Shown one piece after another: positions 12,827 to 26,439 of a stretch of DNA of 64,000 nt. The stretch's first letter is position 1. The number at the start of each line of letters is the position of its first letter. The stretch is from Lama guanicoe (taxonomy: Eukaryota): assembly GCA_013239625.1 (NCBI GenBank), contig MU053810.1, positions 3,049,518-3,113,517 on the forward strand, written 5' to 3'. The position numbers and the translations under genes were made by a program. The notes under the pieces were generated by a model. The model did no database searches. It was not told where the DNA came from and saw only the letters and a list, made by a program, of their open reading frames with translations.

Positions 12827-13480
12827 CTGAAACAAACTGGAACTCACATTGGAACAGAGCATGGGAATTCTGTGCATTCTTTTATTTTGGGGACAAAAAT
12901 ATTATTAAGATGTTAGAAAAATACTGGGCATTTGGACCTCACGGGCAGTCAATTCAGCTAGCTGGAATCCAAGGAGAAAATATGGATTTGTATCACTGAA
13001 GAAAGAAAGCAAGAATATCTATCAATGCTGAAGTTTTGAGAACATTGTATCAACCAAATAGGTACTAAATATACCATGTGATCACTTCCTGGCCTAGGTA
13101 GAGTGAAAAACAACACAGGTAGAATGTATGAAGCATAATTTTTAATAGTTTCTAAGTATTTTCTAAATACTGGAGGTAATTAAATTAGGGCAAACCAACC
13201 AAAAAAAAAATTGGGAATTAGGGAAAGCACCTCAGATAAATTGTTGACATGCTTAATTTTGGTAACATTATTTCTCTTGTGAAGCTGGAAATATAGTTCA
13301 ATAAATTACTTACTAAATCTTATTTATTCCTCAGTGGTCACTGTGAAGCACTAGGATTTGATAACCTAATCCTGATCTGAGTGCTCACACACTTGCAGTT
13401 ATTAATAGAGACTTTTTCTTTACTTTGTCATAGTAACAACTTCCTCATTCATCATACATTCTTGAGGTCTACTTACTCAC

Positions 13481-13597
13481 TCTCTTTCCTGTTTAAGTCT
13501 ATTGTTAAGGATCCATCATTCTTCAAGTTGCCAGTATCATGTTTTACATTCTTCTCCATTAAATCCAAAAAGGAAATCATTATCTGATGACAAACCC
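13481..13597 (-). CDS. Candidate coding exon VCHQIMISFLDLMEKNVKHDTGNLKNDGSLTIDLNRKE
   Basis: Open frame; strong donor gaga|gtgagtaagt; acceptors cacag| (start 13597) or catcag| (start 13583). Confidence 0.5.
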
Positions 13598-14299
13598 CTG
13601 TGACGTACAGCAGGTGTACGTACTTTTTTGTTTGACTGATATTCTGGGTATCCAGGCACACATTGCTCTATGGGGTTTCTTAAAGCCACACTAATTAGCC
13701 TCTGTCTTTAACTCTGCATTTCTATATAGTATAGAATTACAGGAGGAAAGTATGTCTGTGTGTGTGTATTCTCATCTGTAGTACAATTTACTAGCAGAAT
13801 AAAACAACCAAGTATAAATCTACACATATTCTTCTAGAGAAAATCAGACTGCACAATGAGCCATCAACTGAAGACCAAAAGAATGTTCTTTTGACAATAT
13901 ACAAATAAAGCCTTTCTGCCGAAATTACCATTTTTTCAAATTGCCATTTGCAACAAGGTGATTATTTAGGGGGAAAAGAATTCTCTTTCAAGCCAAAGCA
14001 ATTTACATAGTACTGCCCTTAATTATATGTACTTTCGGTTCAGTTTTTTGAAATCTGGTCAACTGGAATATGCCCAGCCATGGGACAGCTGAGCTATGAA
14101 CTAACCTACAGAGGGCTGGGTAAAGAAAAACCAACCAACCAACCCAAACAAAGCTCAAGGCTGGAGACAGGCCAGTGCACTCTTAGGTCATTATTTTCTC
14201 TTCCAAGACTTAGGTACCAGTGTCTACCTTATTTGATTAAACACCACTTCTCTGCCATCTTGCAAACAAACAATTGGAGGATCACATGAACAGTTTAGG

Positions 14300-14745
14300 G
14301 CAAGGTATCAGAGTTAGACACACCTAGTTCTGAATCCCAGACAGTCCATTTACTAGCTGGGTGATCTTAAAAAACAAACAAACACCTTAACCTTCCCAAA
14401 TCTCAGATTTCTCAAGTGTAAAATGCTGGATACCTACTTTTCTATGACCTAAGGTGGGAGGAGGCAGGGGAGCGGGTTGACGAAGAGCAGGCATTAGATG
14501 TAGGTGATGGTCCTAGATTTTGTCTCAGGTGGTGGGATCATAGGTGCTTATGGCCTTATTAAAAATCAATAATTAAATAACATAGTAAACAAACACAGTC
14601 ATCAATGAGCCAAGGATTACGTTGAATTCAATTCTGTGTGCCAAGATCCTAATAATAATAGTAATAACAATAGTGATATTTATTTTTCAGAGTTGTCATT
14701 GGCTTTAAATAATATATGTGGAATGTTTAGCACATTGGCACATTT
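14300..14745 (+). mobile_element. MIR interrupted by a HAL1/L1ME-like 3' end (~14450-14655)
   Basis: ttctgaatcccag...atttactagctgggtgatctt...tttctcaagtgtaaaatg; resumes with atgtggaatgtttagcaca. Confidence 0.6.
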
Positions 14746-16324
14746 TAATTACTCTACAAAGAGGCTCGCAATTCTTATGATGGGGGTGAGTGGCAGTGAT
14801 GGGTGGGAAGGGAAAACTTTTTAAAAATTATGCTGAAGAAATAATGATGTCCCATAAAGAATGATCCTTTTCTACTTACTAACCTAAAATTCAGGACATT
14901 GAAATTGTATCTAAATGACTAGACTCTCTCTCGCAGACCAGATCATTAACACACCATTTTAAAGTCTAACCCTTTGGGATATGTAATCTAGAGTTATAAT
15001 ATGATTTAAATAGTTGTTGGTTGATTTGTTTTCTATTAAAGTATGGTCTGGCCCTCCAGAAACTTATGTTATTCAGGGAAGAGGGGGAAACAGTACTACA
15101 ACACGAAGTGATTACAAAACTAAAATGCACCAGAATGTGATACGAATGAAAGTCCCTTGAAGCAGTCCAGACAAAAGAGAAGGCTTCCTGGAATAAGAAG
15201 CCAAGTTTCAAGAAGGGCAGGATTTGAAGACATGGTGAAAATTGGGTGAAGCACAATCTCATTTTTAAAGGAGAGAGTTTTCTTTCTATTCTTTCCAGAA
15301 CATGGGGGTCATATCTGCCCCTCTAACAGCCGTTACTGAAAAAGCAATATGCTAAAGAAGAAATTAAGAACAACGTAGTGGTTTGACCCCAGATTGTACT
15401 AAACAATCTCACTTTCTTGCTTCTTAAATGTGAATCTAATTTTAAAATAGATTCTTAAAATATTTCCTAAAGGTAAAGTTGTCAGGGACAAGCACAGAGA
15501 CAGAAAAGAAGTGCCAGGTATTGGATCTCAGATTGGTTGTATCTGAGACACAAATCACATGAGACTATGAGCAATTCTGGGACACCAGGTAAAGAGAGGT
15601 ATTGATATAAGGAAGAAAAGGAACATTAAAGATAGTAAGAGGCTAAGTAAAAACAGCAAATAATTTTGTCTTTATACATTATTAAAAGGTGGCATGAAAA
15701 CACATAATTTTGCTGAGTCATTTCAATTGGCTAAATTTCCACATAGTAAAAATTAATGGCACATAACTTAATTTTATATATATATTTATTTATTTATATT
15801 TATATTTTATATTTATATACAAATAACAAATAATAATGTCCCCTTTTACTCTGAAATTCTAAGATCTCCTTAAATAACTTTATTTGCTTTAATGAATTAT
15901 CACCCTAGGAAATACATATTATATTAAAGCATAGTTAGTGTACATATTCAGAAAAGAATAGCAATGTTGTTTAAAAAGTATTTACTTGTGGAAAAGAAGT
16001 TTTGTAGAAATTATTCTAAAATCTTTAATACCAGTATAGAAAAAAGTTAGTAAGGATTTGATTGAAACATGTAAAACTGTAAAGGATATAGTATAAACTG
16101 ATCTAGGTAACTTTCTACTCCCAACACAACCAAGGGCAAAAAGTTTTGATGAAATTTAAAAGTAGTAACTTCAGCAGAGGAAAAAGTACAGAAAAACTAC
16201 ACAGGACATAAGAATTGCCTCTCAAATCTCCCAGGGTGAAAAACCATATAAACAAATTTATTTAAGTAAAAATAGTGTGCTAATTTGAAGACCAGGTGAT
16301 ATTTAACAAATGTTAACAAATATA

Positions 16325-16660
16325 TATTCATCAAATATTTATTAAGTTCTTGCTGTGAACAAAACAAAGTCTCTGCTTTTTTGAGCTTATATTCTACTGA
16401 GAAAGACAGAGAACAAACAAGTAGAGGATCAAAAAAATCATGTACTTTCAGACTGTGATAAGTGCTATGAAGAAAACAAACCAGGAAACAATGCAGAGAG
16501 TGACTGGGGATGTGGTGAGATGGGGTGCAATTTTAGACTGTGGTCAGAGAAAATTTTTCTGAGGTTATATTTCAGCATAGAACTGAGTAATGAGGAGAAA
16601 CTAGCCATGTAAACATCTAGGGGTGCAATTTTCCAGGCCACTTAACAGGTATAAATGTCC
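16325..16660 (-). mobile_element. LINE-2 3' end
   Basis: attcatcaaatatttattaag, gagcttatattcta, gtgataagtgctatgaagaaaa. Confidence 0.8.
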
Positions 16661-17088
16661 CATAGTAAGATAGATAGAAAGATGGTGGGGGGTGTGGGTG
16701 AATGGCTGGATGCATTGATTGGATGGATGGGGAGAGAGAGAAAGATAGACAGATAGACAGATGGATAACTTAACTATATAGAACACTCCACATATAAAAA
16801 CATACACAGAATACTCTATTCAAAAGCAGCAGAATACACATTTTTCTCCAGTGGACATGAAACACTCCAGGATAGACCATAGGTTAGGTTCTAACAAGTC
16901 TCAATATATTCAAAAACATTGAAAACACACAAGGTGTCTTTTCTGATAATAATGAAATGAAACTAGAAATCAGTAACAAAAGGAAAACTGGAAAATTTGC
17001 AAATATGTGGAAATTAAACAACATAATCTTGAATAACCAATGGGTCAAAGAAGAAATCACAAGGGAAATCAGAAAATACTTTGAGCTA

Positions 17089-17801
17089 CAATAAGAAAAA
17101 AATAAACAACCCAATCCAAAAATGGGCAGAAGACCTAAACAAGCAACTCTCCAAGGAAGACATACAAATGATCAAAAAGCACATGAAAAAATGTTCAATA
17201 TCACTAATTATCAGAGAAAAGCAAATCAAAACTACAATGAGGTATCACCTCACACCAGTCAGAATGGCCGTCATTCAAAAATCCACAAATGACAAATGCT
17301 GGAGAGGCTGTGGAGAAAGGGGAACCCTCCTACACTGCTGGTGGGAATGCAGTTTGGTGCAGCCACTATGGAAAACAGTGTGGAGATTCCTCAAAAGACT
17401 AGGAATAGACTTACCATATGACCCAGGAATCCCACTCCTGGGCTTGTATCCAGAAGGAANNNNNNNNNNNNNNNNNNNNNNNNNNNNNNNNNNNNNNNNN
17501 NNNNNNNNNNNNNNNNNNNNNNNNNNNNNNNNNNNNNNNNNNNNNNNNNNNNNNNNNNNNNNNNNNNNNNNNNNNNNNNNNNNNNNNNNNNNNNNNNNNN
17601 NNNNNNNNNNNNNNNNNNNNNNNNNNNNNNNNNNNNNNNNNNNNNNNNNNNNNNNNNNNNNNNNNNNNNNNNNNNNNNNNNNNNNNNNNNNNNNNNNNNN
17701 NNNNNNNNNNNNNNNNNNNNNNNNNNNNNNNNNNNNNNNNNNNNNNNNNNNNNNNNNNNNNNNNNNNNNNNATGAATCATAAAAAATGTAAAAAAAAAAA
17801 A
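17089..17801 (+). mobile_element. Young 5'-truncated LINE-1 with perfect 18-bp TSD (contains the gap)
   Basis: Open ORF2 C-terminus including [18 protein letters not shown] zinc knuckle; poly-A tail; TSD agaaaatactttgagcta at 17071-17088 and 17802-17819. Confidence 0.95.
17460..17771. other. Assembly gap (312 N)
   Basis: Run of N. Confidence 1.
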
Positions 17802-18894
17802 AGAAAATACTTTGAGCTAAATGAAAATAAAACACCACATACCAAAACCTATGGGATGCAGTGAAAGCAGTGCTAAGAGGGAAATTTATAGCTGTAAAAT
17901 GCAGGCATTAAAAAAGAAGAAAGATTTCAAATCAGCAACCTAACTTAAAACCTTAAGGAACTGGAAAAGGAAGGGCAAGCTAAACCCAAAACTAGCAGAT
18001 AAAAAGAAACAGTAAGGATTAGGGCAGAGATAAATAAAATAGAGCATAGAAAGACAATAGCAAAAATCAATGAAACCAAAAGTTGATTCTTTGAAAAAAT
18101 CAACAAAGTTGACAAATCTTTAGCCAGACCAAGTAAGAAAAAAATAGAGGAGATCCAAATTGCTAAAACTATAAGTGGAAGGGGGAATGTTAATAACAAT
18201 TATACAGAAATAAAAAACTATAAGAAAATATTGTGAACAGTTGTACACTAATTCATTGGTTAACCTAGAATGAAATGGAAAAATTCCTAGAAACAATCTA
18301 CCAAAACTGAATCATAAATAAACAGAAAATCTGAATAGAACCTACAACTAATAAGGAGATTAGATCACTAATCAAAAACCTTCTCCCCTCAAAAAAAAGT
18401 CTTAGACCGTTTGTTTCACTGGTAAATTCTACCAAACATTTAAAGAAGAATTAACACCTATACTTCTCAAACTCTCCCATAAAGACTGAAGACAGAGAAA
18501 ACTTTCTAACTCATTCATTAGGCCAGCATTACCCTGATACCAAAACAAGACAAAGACACTACAAGGAAAACTGCACATCAATATCCTGAAGAGATACTGC
18601 AAAAAATCCTCAGCAAAATACTAGCAAATTGAATTCAGTCACATTTTAAAAGGATTAAATAACATGAGCACATGGCCTTTATTCCTGGAGTGCAAGGATG
18701 GTTGAACACAATGAAAAATCAACCAATGTAATATGCCACATTAATAGAACGAAGGGGAGAAAAATCACATGATCATCTCAATTGATGCAGAAGAAGCATT
18801 TAAAAAAACTCAACACTCTATCCTAGAGAATGTTCCATGTCCACTAGAGAAAAATGTATATTCTGCTGTGGTCATCTATTCCTAATTTAGTCTC

Positions 18895-20740
18895 TAATTT
18901 TGTAATCATGTTGGATGTTGAAGTTCATTAAATACTTATTTTCTGCAAATATTACAATCACTATATACATTTTCCCCTTTGGGCTATTAATAAGAAATAA
19001 ATATATTCATTGTTTTCCTAATATTGACTGATCCTTGCAGTCCAGGGAGGGACTCATTGGTAATGGCATATTAAGTATTGCTGAACTACAATTGCCATTG
19101 CTTTATTAGGATTTTTACGTAAATATTGATAAATGAGCTGGCCCTGTCTTATCAGGTTTTGATGTCAGTGTTAGACTTTCTTCAGAAGTAAAAGAAAGAT
19201 TTCATTTTTGGCATTTGGCCACAGTAAATTCTATCCAACTTACCCATTTCTTTAAAAAAAATTGAAGAATTATGGTTTCATGGCCTGAAGATTTTAAAGA
19301 GGAAGTTCTTTGATAACTTTTTCAATTGTTTCTATTGTTACTCATCTGTTTAGACTTTTCTATTTTGATGGCTATTTGGTATTTTTCACTTAAAATTTCA
19401 AATGTATTTTTTCAGGAATTTTAATTTCCTCTGTGTCACTACTATTTTTTTAGAAATGTATTTGTCCTTTTTCACTTTTTCTTTTATTTTTAGTACTCCA
19501 CTAGCCAGTGGTTTAATCTGCTTTTTGCTTGCCATGTTGTTATGCCATCTTCAAAGAATCACTTTTCTTTTTTTTTGCAATTAAATGTTTTGTTTGATTT
19601 TGTGAGTTTTTTTCTTTGATCTATTCTGTGACTTTGTGTAATGGGTGAATGTATTCTCATTTATATGTATTGGAATAGGAGATATATTTAGTATTTATTA
19701 TTTCATTTTCAGTTTTCTATGTGATAACAATTGCTATGTGTATGGTCTTTTCTGTATTTGGTTTTATAGGGGGTGTGTGTGTGTTTCTTTGGATAATTTG
19801 GAAAGTTTATTATCTGCTTTTGGGGTTTTCTTATTGTTACTATGTTTGTTTTGCAATCACTATAACTTTATTTACTATCATTAACTCTCCATTTATTAAT
19901 TTACCAACTGCAGACTTCATCTCTTGAGTCCCAATTATGGAAGAATATCAAAGAAATGATCATAAATAAATCTCTTCCCACTTCTGTGACCATATTTTCC
20001 ATAACTGCTTAGTCTTAATTCTATATTTAAATTGAGTTTTATCTCCAGTCTTTTTATTGTGGCTCCTCTCTGTACTTTTTGATTATTTTGCTTTGATTTT
20101 TCTTGTTTTTTCAAAAAGGTCATGTAGGTCTTGGGTTTGCTCATGATTGAGATTGTCTACTTGTCTGTTTCTTGCCTTTATATTTGGTTGTCAGCTTGAC
20201 TGAGAAAAATATTCTTGGATCTCGCCTTCTTTTTCTCAACACTTTTCAGACATTGAATAATTCTCAGAGAAGTCTGAAGCGTTCCTTATTTTTCCCCTGG
20301 CAAATAATTAGTATTTGCCTGGATATGTAAAGAATTTTATCTTCATCAGTGAAATGCAAAAATCATTAGGATATATCTCAGTTTAGCTGCTCCTGTAACA
20401 TTTTTTCCCCCCAGGAACAAGACATTCTAGGGTAACTCCTTCCTCCAATCAGGAAAATTCTGTTCTACTGGTTTTTAAGGACAATTTCTGGTCCATTTGT
20501 ATTAGTTTATCCAATTCCAGGACCTTAATTACTTGTATTCTAATTAGTCTTTGTCCTTCAAATACCTTCCTTTCTCTTCAAATTGCTTTAATTTGTCTTT
20601 TAAAAAAATATGCAGACTCCATGACTGTCAAGCCCCTGTAACAGTAATTGGTTCTGTATTGTGTCTGTTCTGTTTTCTGCTGTTTCTAATTTTTTTAATG
20701 GCTTTGTAGTGGAGTTGTTTCAGCTTCCAATTTGTTCCTA
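18895..20740 (-). mobile_element. Ancient, heavily decayed LINE-1 (ORF2 N-terminal half to ORF1)
   Basis: atccttgcagtccaggga, ttatcaggttttgatgtcagtgtta, gagaagtctgaagc; strongly T-rich. Confidence 0.7.
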
Positions 20741-20744
20741 ACTC

Positions 20745-21212
20745 TGTGTCATGGTTTGTATTCCCCAGAAGCAGACCCAAGAATATGAGTGCAAATAATT
20801 TATTTGAGAGGTAATTCCAGGAAACACTAATAGAGGGGTGGGGGAGTAAGACATGAAAGGGAAAGAATCCAATTATATTAGCAAGCAAGCAACTGCTGTG
20901 GGCAGCTGGAACTAAAACCTACTCGGGGAGCTCTTAGAGACCTTGTAGAACAGGCTCAGAGTTATCCCAACCGACAGGCAAAGAAGCTGGAGTATTTATC
21001 CAACAACTTCTTGTCTGTCACTGGTTATAGGCTGTTTCTTGGAAGCATTAATGTTCTGACACTTCCCACTTGCCCTGAATGTGGGCTGGGCATAGTGCTT
21101 TGATCAGAAAAATGACCTCTGACAGTGTTACAGGTGGTCACAGGTTTACAGAGAAGAGATGTAGAGAGGGTAAGCCAGCGGGGACATGGGTAGGATACTA
21201 ACTGTAAATGCT
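20745..21212 (-). mobile_element. ERVL LTR16-family solo LTR
   Basis: ttccccagaagcagaccc...gagtgcaaataatttatttgagaggtaattccaggaa...gaagctggagtatttatcca. Confidence 0.7.
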
Positions 21213-21299
21213 TTTTTCATCTTTGTATTGTGGTTTCACCTCATTTTTTATCTTTTCTATTTTTTAAAAACTGCATAGTCTCACTAATTACTTCTGAAG

Positions 21300-21575
21300 C
21301 CCCACTCGCCAATGTAGGTGACCCCACTATCCACAAGTGACCAATGAGAAACTGAAACATGACTAATCTTACTTGAGATGTGTTTTAAGTGTAAAATTCC
21401 AGATCTAAAGTTTGAGTAGAAATAAATGTAAAATATCTCCTTAATAATTTTATATTGATTATATGTTGAAATAATATTTTGGATATATTGGGTTAATGAA
21501 AAGATATTAAAACTAATTTCATATGTTTTAATAAACATTTTGAATTTGACTACTAAAATTTTTTAATACACATAT
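21300..21575. mobile_element. MER33/MER3-like hAT-Charlie DNA transposon
   Basis: aatgtaaaatatctccttaataattttatattgattatatgttgaaataatattttggatatattgggttaa. Confidence 0.75.
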
Positions 21576-21874
21576 AGAACAGATTTGTTTTAATCTCTAC
21601 CTTGCATGCTAAGTTTCTTTTAACTTTTCACTTGGGAGGGTGGGGGAATCTAGAGAGTTTACTCGAACACCATACTATTTTTTGTTTGTTTCTTCACCTT
21701 ACTTTCCAGAAATTCTATTTCTGTTTCTGTAATGTTGGTACATTCTTGTAACATTCAGTAGGCTTGTTGATTACATGTTGATTTAATATTTTATTTATTT
21801 ACAATTATGAAAAAGGAAATTTTTACTTCCAGCCAAGATGGATTAATAGGAACCAGACTTACCCTCCTTTGGAG

Positions 21875-23577
21875 GTTCTGTCTAAGACAAACTGGGTCCT
21901 GCAATTCAGTTCAATTCAGAGACTAACTACTTGGAGTTTTCATCAGACTCCACACCTACAGGACTGCCCCCACTTCAGATGTCAATCACAAGTACTCCCG
22001 ACCAAACAACTTTAAACCAGGGGCTCCCATGACCCTCTCTGCTGGCTTGATAATTTGCTAGAATGGCTTGCAAAACTCAGGAAAACATTCCACTTACATT
22101 TATTGGTTTATTATAAAGGCTACAACTCAAGAACAGCCACAAGGGAGCAAGGCACAGACAATATGTGTGTGTGTGCATGTGCGTGCACACACATGTGCTT
22201 GCACACACAGGGAAATAGAATTTCCCTGTCCTCTCCCGGCCCACCACCCTGCCTGCAAGTCAATGTGTTCACCAGCCTGGAAGCTGTCTAAATCTCTTAT
22301 ACAAAAGTTTTAATAGAAGTCCATTCCCAGCTGTCACTCCCTTCTCTGGAGGTCAGTGGAGGTGAAGCTGAAAGTTTCAACTCTCTACAGTTGACCCTTG
22401 AAAAACATGGAAGTTGAGGGTACCAAACCACCAAGCAGTTGAAAATCCAAGTGTAACTTGTGAATTCCCCAAACTTAACTATTAATAGTCTACTACTGAC
22501 CAGAAGCCTGACTGATAACACAATTAACATATATTTTTATGTCTATGTCATATGTATTATGACTGCATCCTTACAATAAAGTAAGCTAGAGAAAAGAAAA
22601 TGCTAGTGAGAAAAGCATAAGGAAGAAAAAACACATTTGCAGTATTGTATTTACTGACACCATAAGTGCTACATCATCTGTCTATGTGATGAATCTCGTG
22701 TCAGTACCTACACCAACACTGTCTTATTTGGTACAAGATACTGTAAATGTTACTAACACCGAACATCAAGAGTGAAAAGACAATGTGAAAAAGAAATTCA
22801 TATTTATTTACAGGTATGACAATTCATGCATTGATAACAAAGCAGCAGCAATGAGACTGTCTTATGGTTACACAGTATAATCGATCTGATTGCTTCACGG
22901 TAGCTTAGCTCGTACACTAATTAATGAATTGTTATAAAATTTTAAGGCATACAGTATTATAGTCATATTCATAATACAGTATTAGAAACATTGCTACATT
23001 CTTTAAAAAAACCTACAATGATAGGCTGATTAGCAGTTGCTCCAATTATGAGAGAGGCGCACTGTATGGTAATGTAATACTTTGAAAGCAAGCCACAAAC
23101 TTATAAAACAGTAAGAAAACTAACACATTATTAATTTCATATGAAATATCACTCATCTTATCCCTATGTAAATATAGACAGGTATCTACATACACTTTAT
23201 GCATTCATGACATACCTAACTTTCTCTTAATTTTTTTGATATGTCTAGGCTAAAAGGTTCATCTGCGAGTTTTTTCAAATTGTTGCAAGTCTCCAAAAAT
23301 GTTTCTAATATATTTATTGAAAAAAATTTGTGCAGCTCAAACCCATGTTGTTCAAAAGTCACTGTAATTATTTGGTCTTTCTGGTGCTCAGTCCCCTTCT
23401 GAGGCTTTCTAGGGGCCCCACCCTATGTCACCTCAATAGCACAAACTCAGAGGTGATGAAAGGGGCCCATTATGAATAACAAAAGACACTCCGATCCCTC
23501 AGGAAATGGCAAAGGTTTTAGGCGCTCTGTGCCAAGAACCAGGGGAAAATACCACATATAGCTCTTACTGTACCACA
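21875..23577 (-). mobile_element. MER21-family LTR in the L1 5' UTR, split by a Tigger2 derivative
   Basis: gactgccccacttcagatg, ataatttgctagaatggct, gctctgtgccaagaaccagggg are reverse complements of motifs in 10453-11262. Confidence 0.8.
22388..23364. mobile_element. Tigger2-derived non-autonomous TcMar element
   Basis: TIRs cagttgacccttgaaaaaca / tgttgttcaaaagtcactg; TA on both flanks (22386-22387, 23365-23366). Confidence 0.88.
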
Positions 23578-26439
23578 CCTTCTGAATTTAAAAAACAAAA
23601 CAAAACAAAATCCAGACAAAATACACAAAACAACAGTTTCCAAGATATTGGGTGTCAGGCCAAAAAGGAAAAAAAAAGAAAAAAGGATAGTGATTCCTGG
23701 GAGACAGGAAACACATGAAGTGAGTCTTATCACTGTTCCATTACAGCCTATTGAAAATCTCCAAGCCCCAGTGAAGTGAGCGAGAACTCAGATGGAGCTC
23801 AGCAATCTCCCTAAGTCGAGGAGACAAAGCTAGGAATCTGGGGAGTCTAAGGCATCTAGGTTCTCAGGGCAGATTAACAGAGAGGAGATAGCTTCAGAGA
23901 GAAGACTTCAGCTTACATACTGATCAGTGCATGCCTGGAGGAAACTCCCAAAGGCCAGGGGAAGAACCACCCTACAGTATCAGAGGGGAACACTCCCAGA
24001 ACTCATGCAGGACTAGGAATAGTTCCCAGTCTCACAATTCAGAGAGAACCAAAACTAGCCCTAGACTAAACACTGCTTTGGTCTTGCCTAGTAAACCTTC
24101 AAAGTTCAGCCTCAAAGGATCAGACAGTTTCCAAGCAAGTTAACCCTGTCCCAGAGAAAAGATCAAGAATATTTATAGAGATATAAAAGTATCCAGCATA
24201 CAACAAGATAAAATTCACACTGTTTGGCATCCAACAAAAAATTACTAGGAATGCAAAGCAGCACGAACATAGGACCCATAATGAAGAGAAAAATCAATCA
24301 ATTGAAAAAGACCCATATATAACACAGAGGATTGAATCAGTCAGCAAGAAACAGTTACAGTAACCAACCACACTCTGTATGTTCAGAAGTTAGAAGATGA
24401 CTGAATAGGTTAAGTGGAGACATGAAAGATATTTTAAAAGACATTTCTCAGAGATAAACACTATAACATCTGAGACGAAAATTTCACTGGATGCTATTAA
24501 TGGCAGATTAGACACTGCAGAAGAACATTAGTGAACTTGAAGTTTTAGCAATTGAAATTGCACAAAAACAAAAGGACTAAAAAAAAAAAAGAACAGAACA
24601 TCAGTGAGATATTGTAAAATTTCAGGTGGCCTAATATATGTGTAATTGGAGTCTGCAAGAGTAGGGGAGACAGTTAAGAAAAAAATAGCCCTGGATTTCC
24701 AAAACCTGATCAAATAAACTACACAGCAAAGAAACTCAGTGAACCCCAAACACAAGAAAAACAAGTGTAAATGATTCATTAAAAAACAGAAAATGAAATG
24801 TGCCAAAATGTTCACAATTGTTTAATCTAAGTATTACATGTATTTACTGTGCTATTTTATTCACTTATAGTTGACATTTTCAAAATAAATACTGAGAGAA
24901 AAAAAGAAAAAGAAAAACAAGGAGAATTACACCAGCGTTTATAATAATCAAATTTCCCAAGACTATTAACAAGGAGCATTTACTAAAAGCAGCCAGAGAA
25001 GAAGACATGTTATGTCAAGCACAAATAGTAAGGATGACTACAAATTTCTCGTAGGAAACAATGCAAGTCAGAAGCAGCTGACCAGTGTGTTTAAAGGCCA
25101 CCCCTCCAAATTATCTAACTAGGATTTATAGGTAGCAAATACATGTCTCAGAAATGATGGCAAAGGAGACTTTTTAAGAATGAAAGAGTTAATGACTAAC
25201 AGACCTATACGACAAGAAATACTAAAGGAGGTTTTTCAGGCAGACGATGAATGATATCAAATGGAAAACTACACTAAGGAAGAAATAGAACCAGAAAGGA
25301 TAACTGTGTGGATAAGCAAAACAGACTCTTTTTCTTATTTAAGTATCTTTGAAAGAAAATAAACTGTCTAAAGCAAAAATAACAACAATGTATTGTGGAG
25401 CTGATACAACATGTGCAAAGTAAAATGTACAGAAACAATAGCACAAAGGTCTGGGGGGGAATAGAAACATGATGCTGTAAGGGTCTTTATACTAAACGTG
25501 AAGTGGTATAATATCACTTAACAGCAGACTTTTATAAGTTAAAGGTGTGCACAATAAATTGGGAAGTAGCATCTGAATTAATACAATACACTATAGCTCA
25601 CAAGCCACAAAGGAGATAAAACAGAATTTTATCCAAACATTTAAGGAAGAAATAATACCAGTTATATACAAATGCCCAAATAATTTTAAATAAAGTGGAT
25701 TAAGAGAAAAAGGAGAGCAAAGAACAGGGACAAAAAGAAACCGAATAGCAAGATGGACCAAATCATATCATAAATGTGATGGTCTAACCACCCAAAGTAA
25801 AAGGAAAAGATCATGAGGTGTTATTTAAAAAGCAAAACCCAACATGCAATCCTACAAGAAACCCACTTTAAACACAAAGACACACATAGGTTAAAACTGA
25901 AGAGATGGAAAAAGCTATAACATGCTAACACTAATTAAAACTGGCTATATAAAGTTCAGACACAGGAAACTTTAAAGCGAAGAATATTGCCAGGGATAAA
26001 GAGGGTTATATCATAATAATAAAAGGATCAATTCAATAAGAGGACTAAAACTCCTAAATGTTCATGCACCTAATAGAAAACTACAAAATACATGAAACAA
26101 AAACTGATAGAATGGCAAGGAGAAATAGGCAAACCCATAATTAAAATTGGAGCTTTCAATACCCCTTTCTCCATTTTTTTCAAAATAAAACAAGTAAACA
26201 GAAAATCAGAAGAGATTTAGAAGACCTGAACAGTCCAACCAACCAAACTGACTTTTATAAAGCACTCCATTCAATCAGGAAAGAAGAGAAATTTTTATTG
26301 TGTACATGGAACCTTTACCAAGATGGTTCGTATTCTGGGTAATAAAATAAGTATTGGTAAGTTTAAAGACCTACAAATCATGCAAAATATGACTTCTGGT
26401 CACAATCTAAGTAAATGAAAAAACCCAAAACAGTAAAAT

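Larger units (their letters stand above)
16796..18820 (+). mobile_element. Older LINE-1 ORF2 segment (endonuclease to start of RT), split by a young L1
   Basis: gcagaatacacatttttctc, gaataaccaatgggtcaaagaagaaatc, gcagtgctaagagggaaatttatagc, atgatcatctcaattgatgcagaa; multiple stops. Confidence 0.92.

Noticed and set aside
17081..17864. Long ORFs of 129-233 aa
   Set aside because: Length is inflated by translating through N; the real part is L1 ORF2
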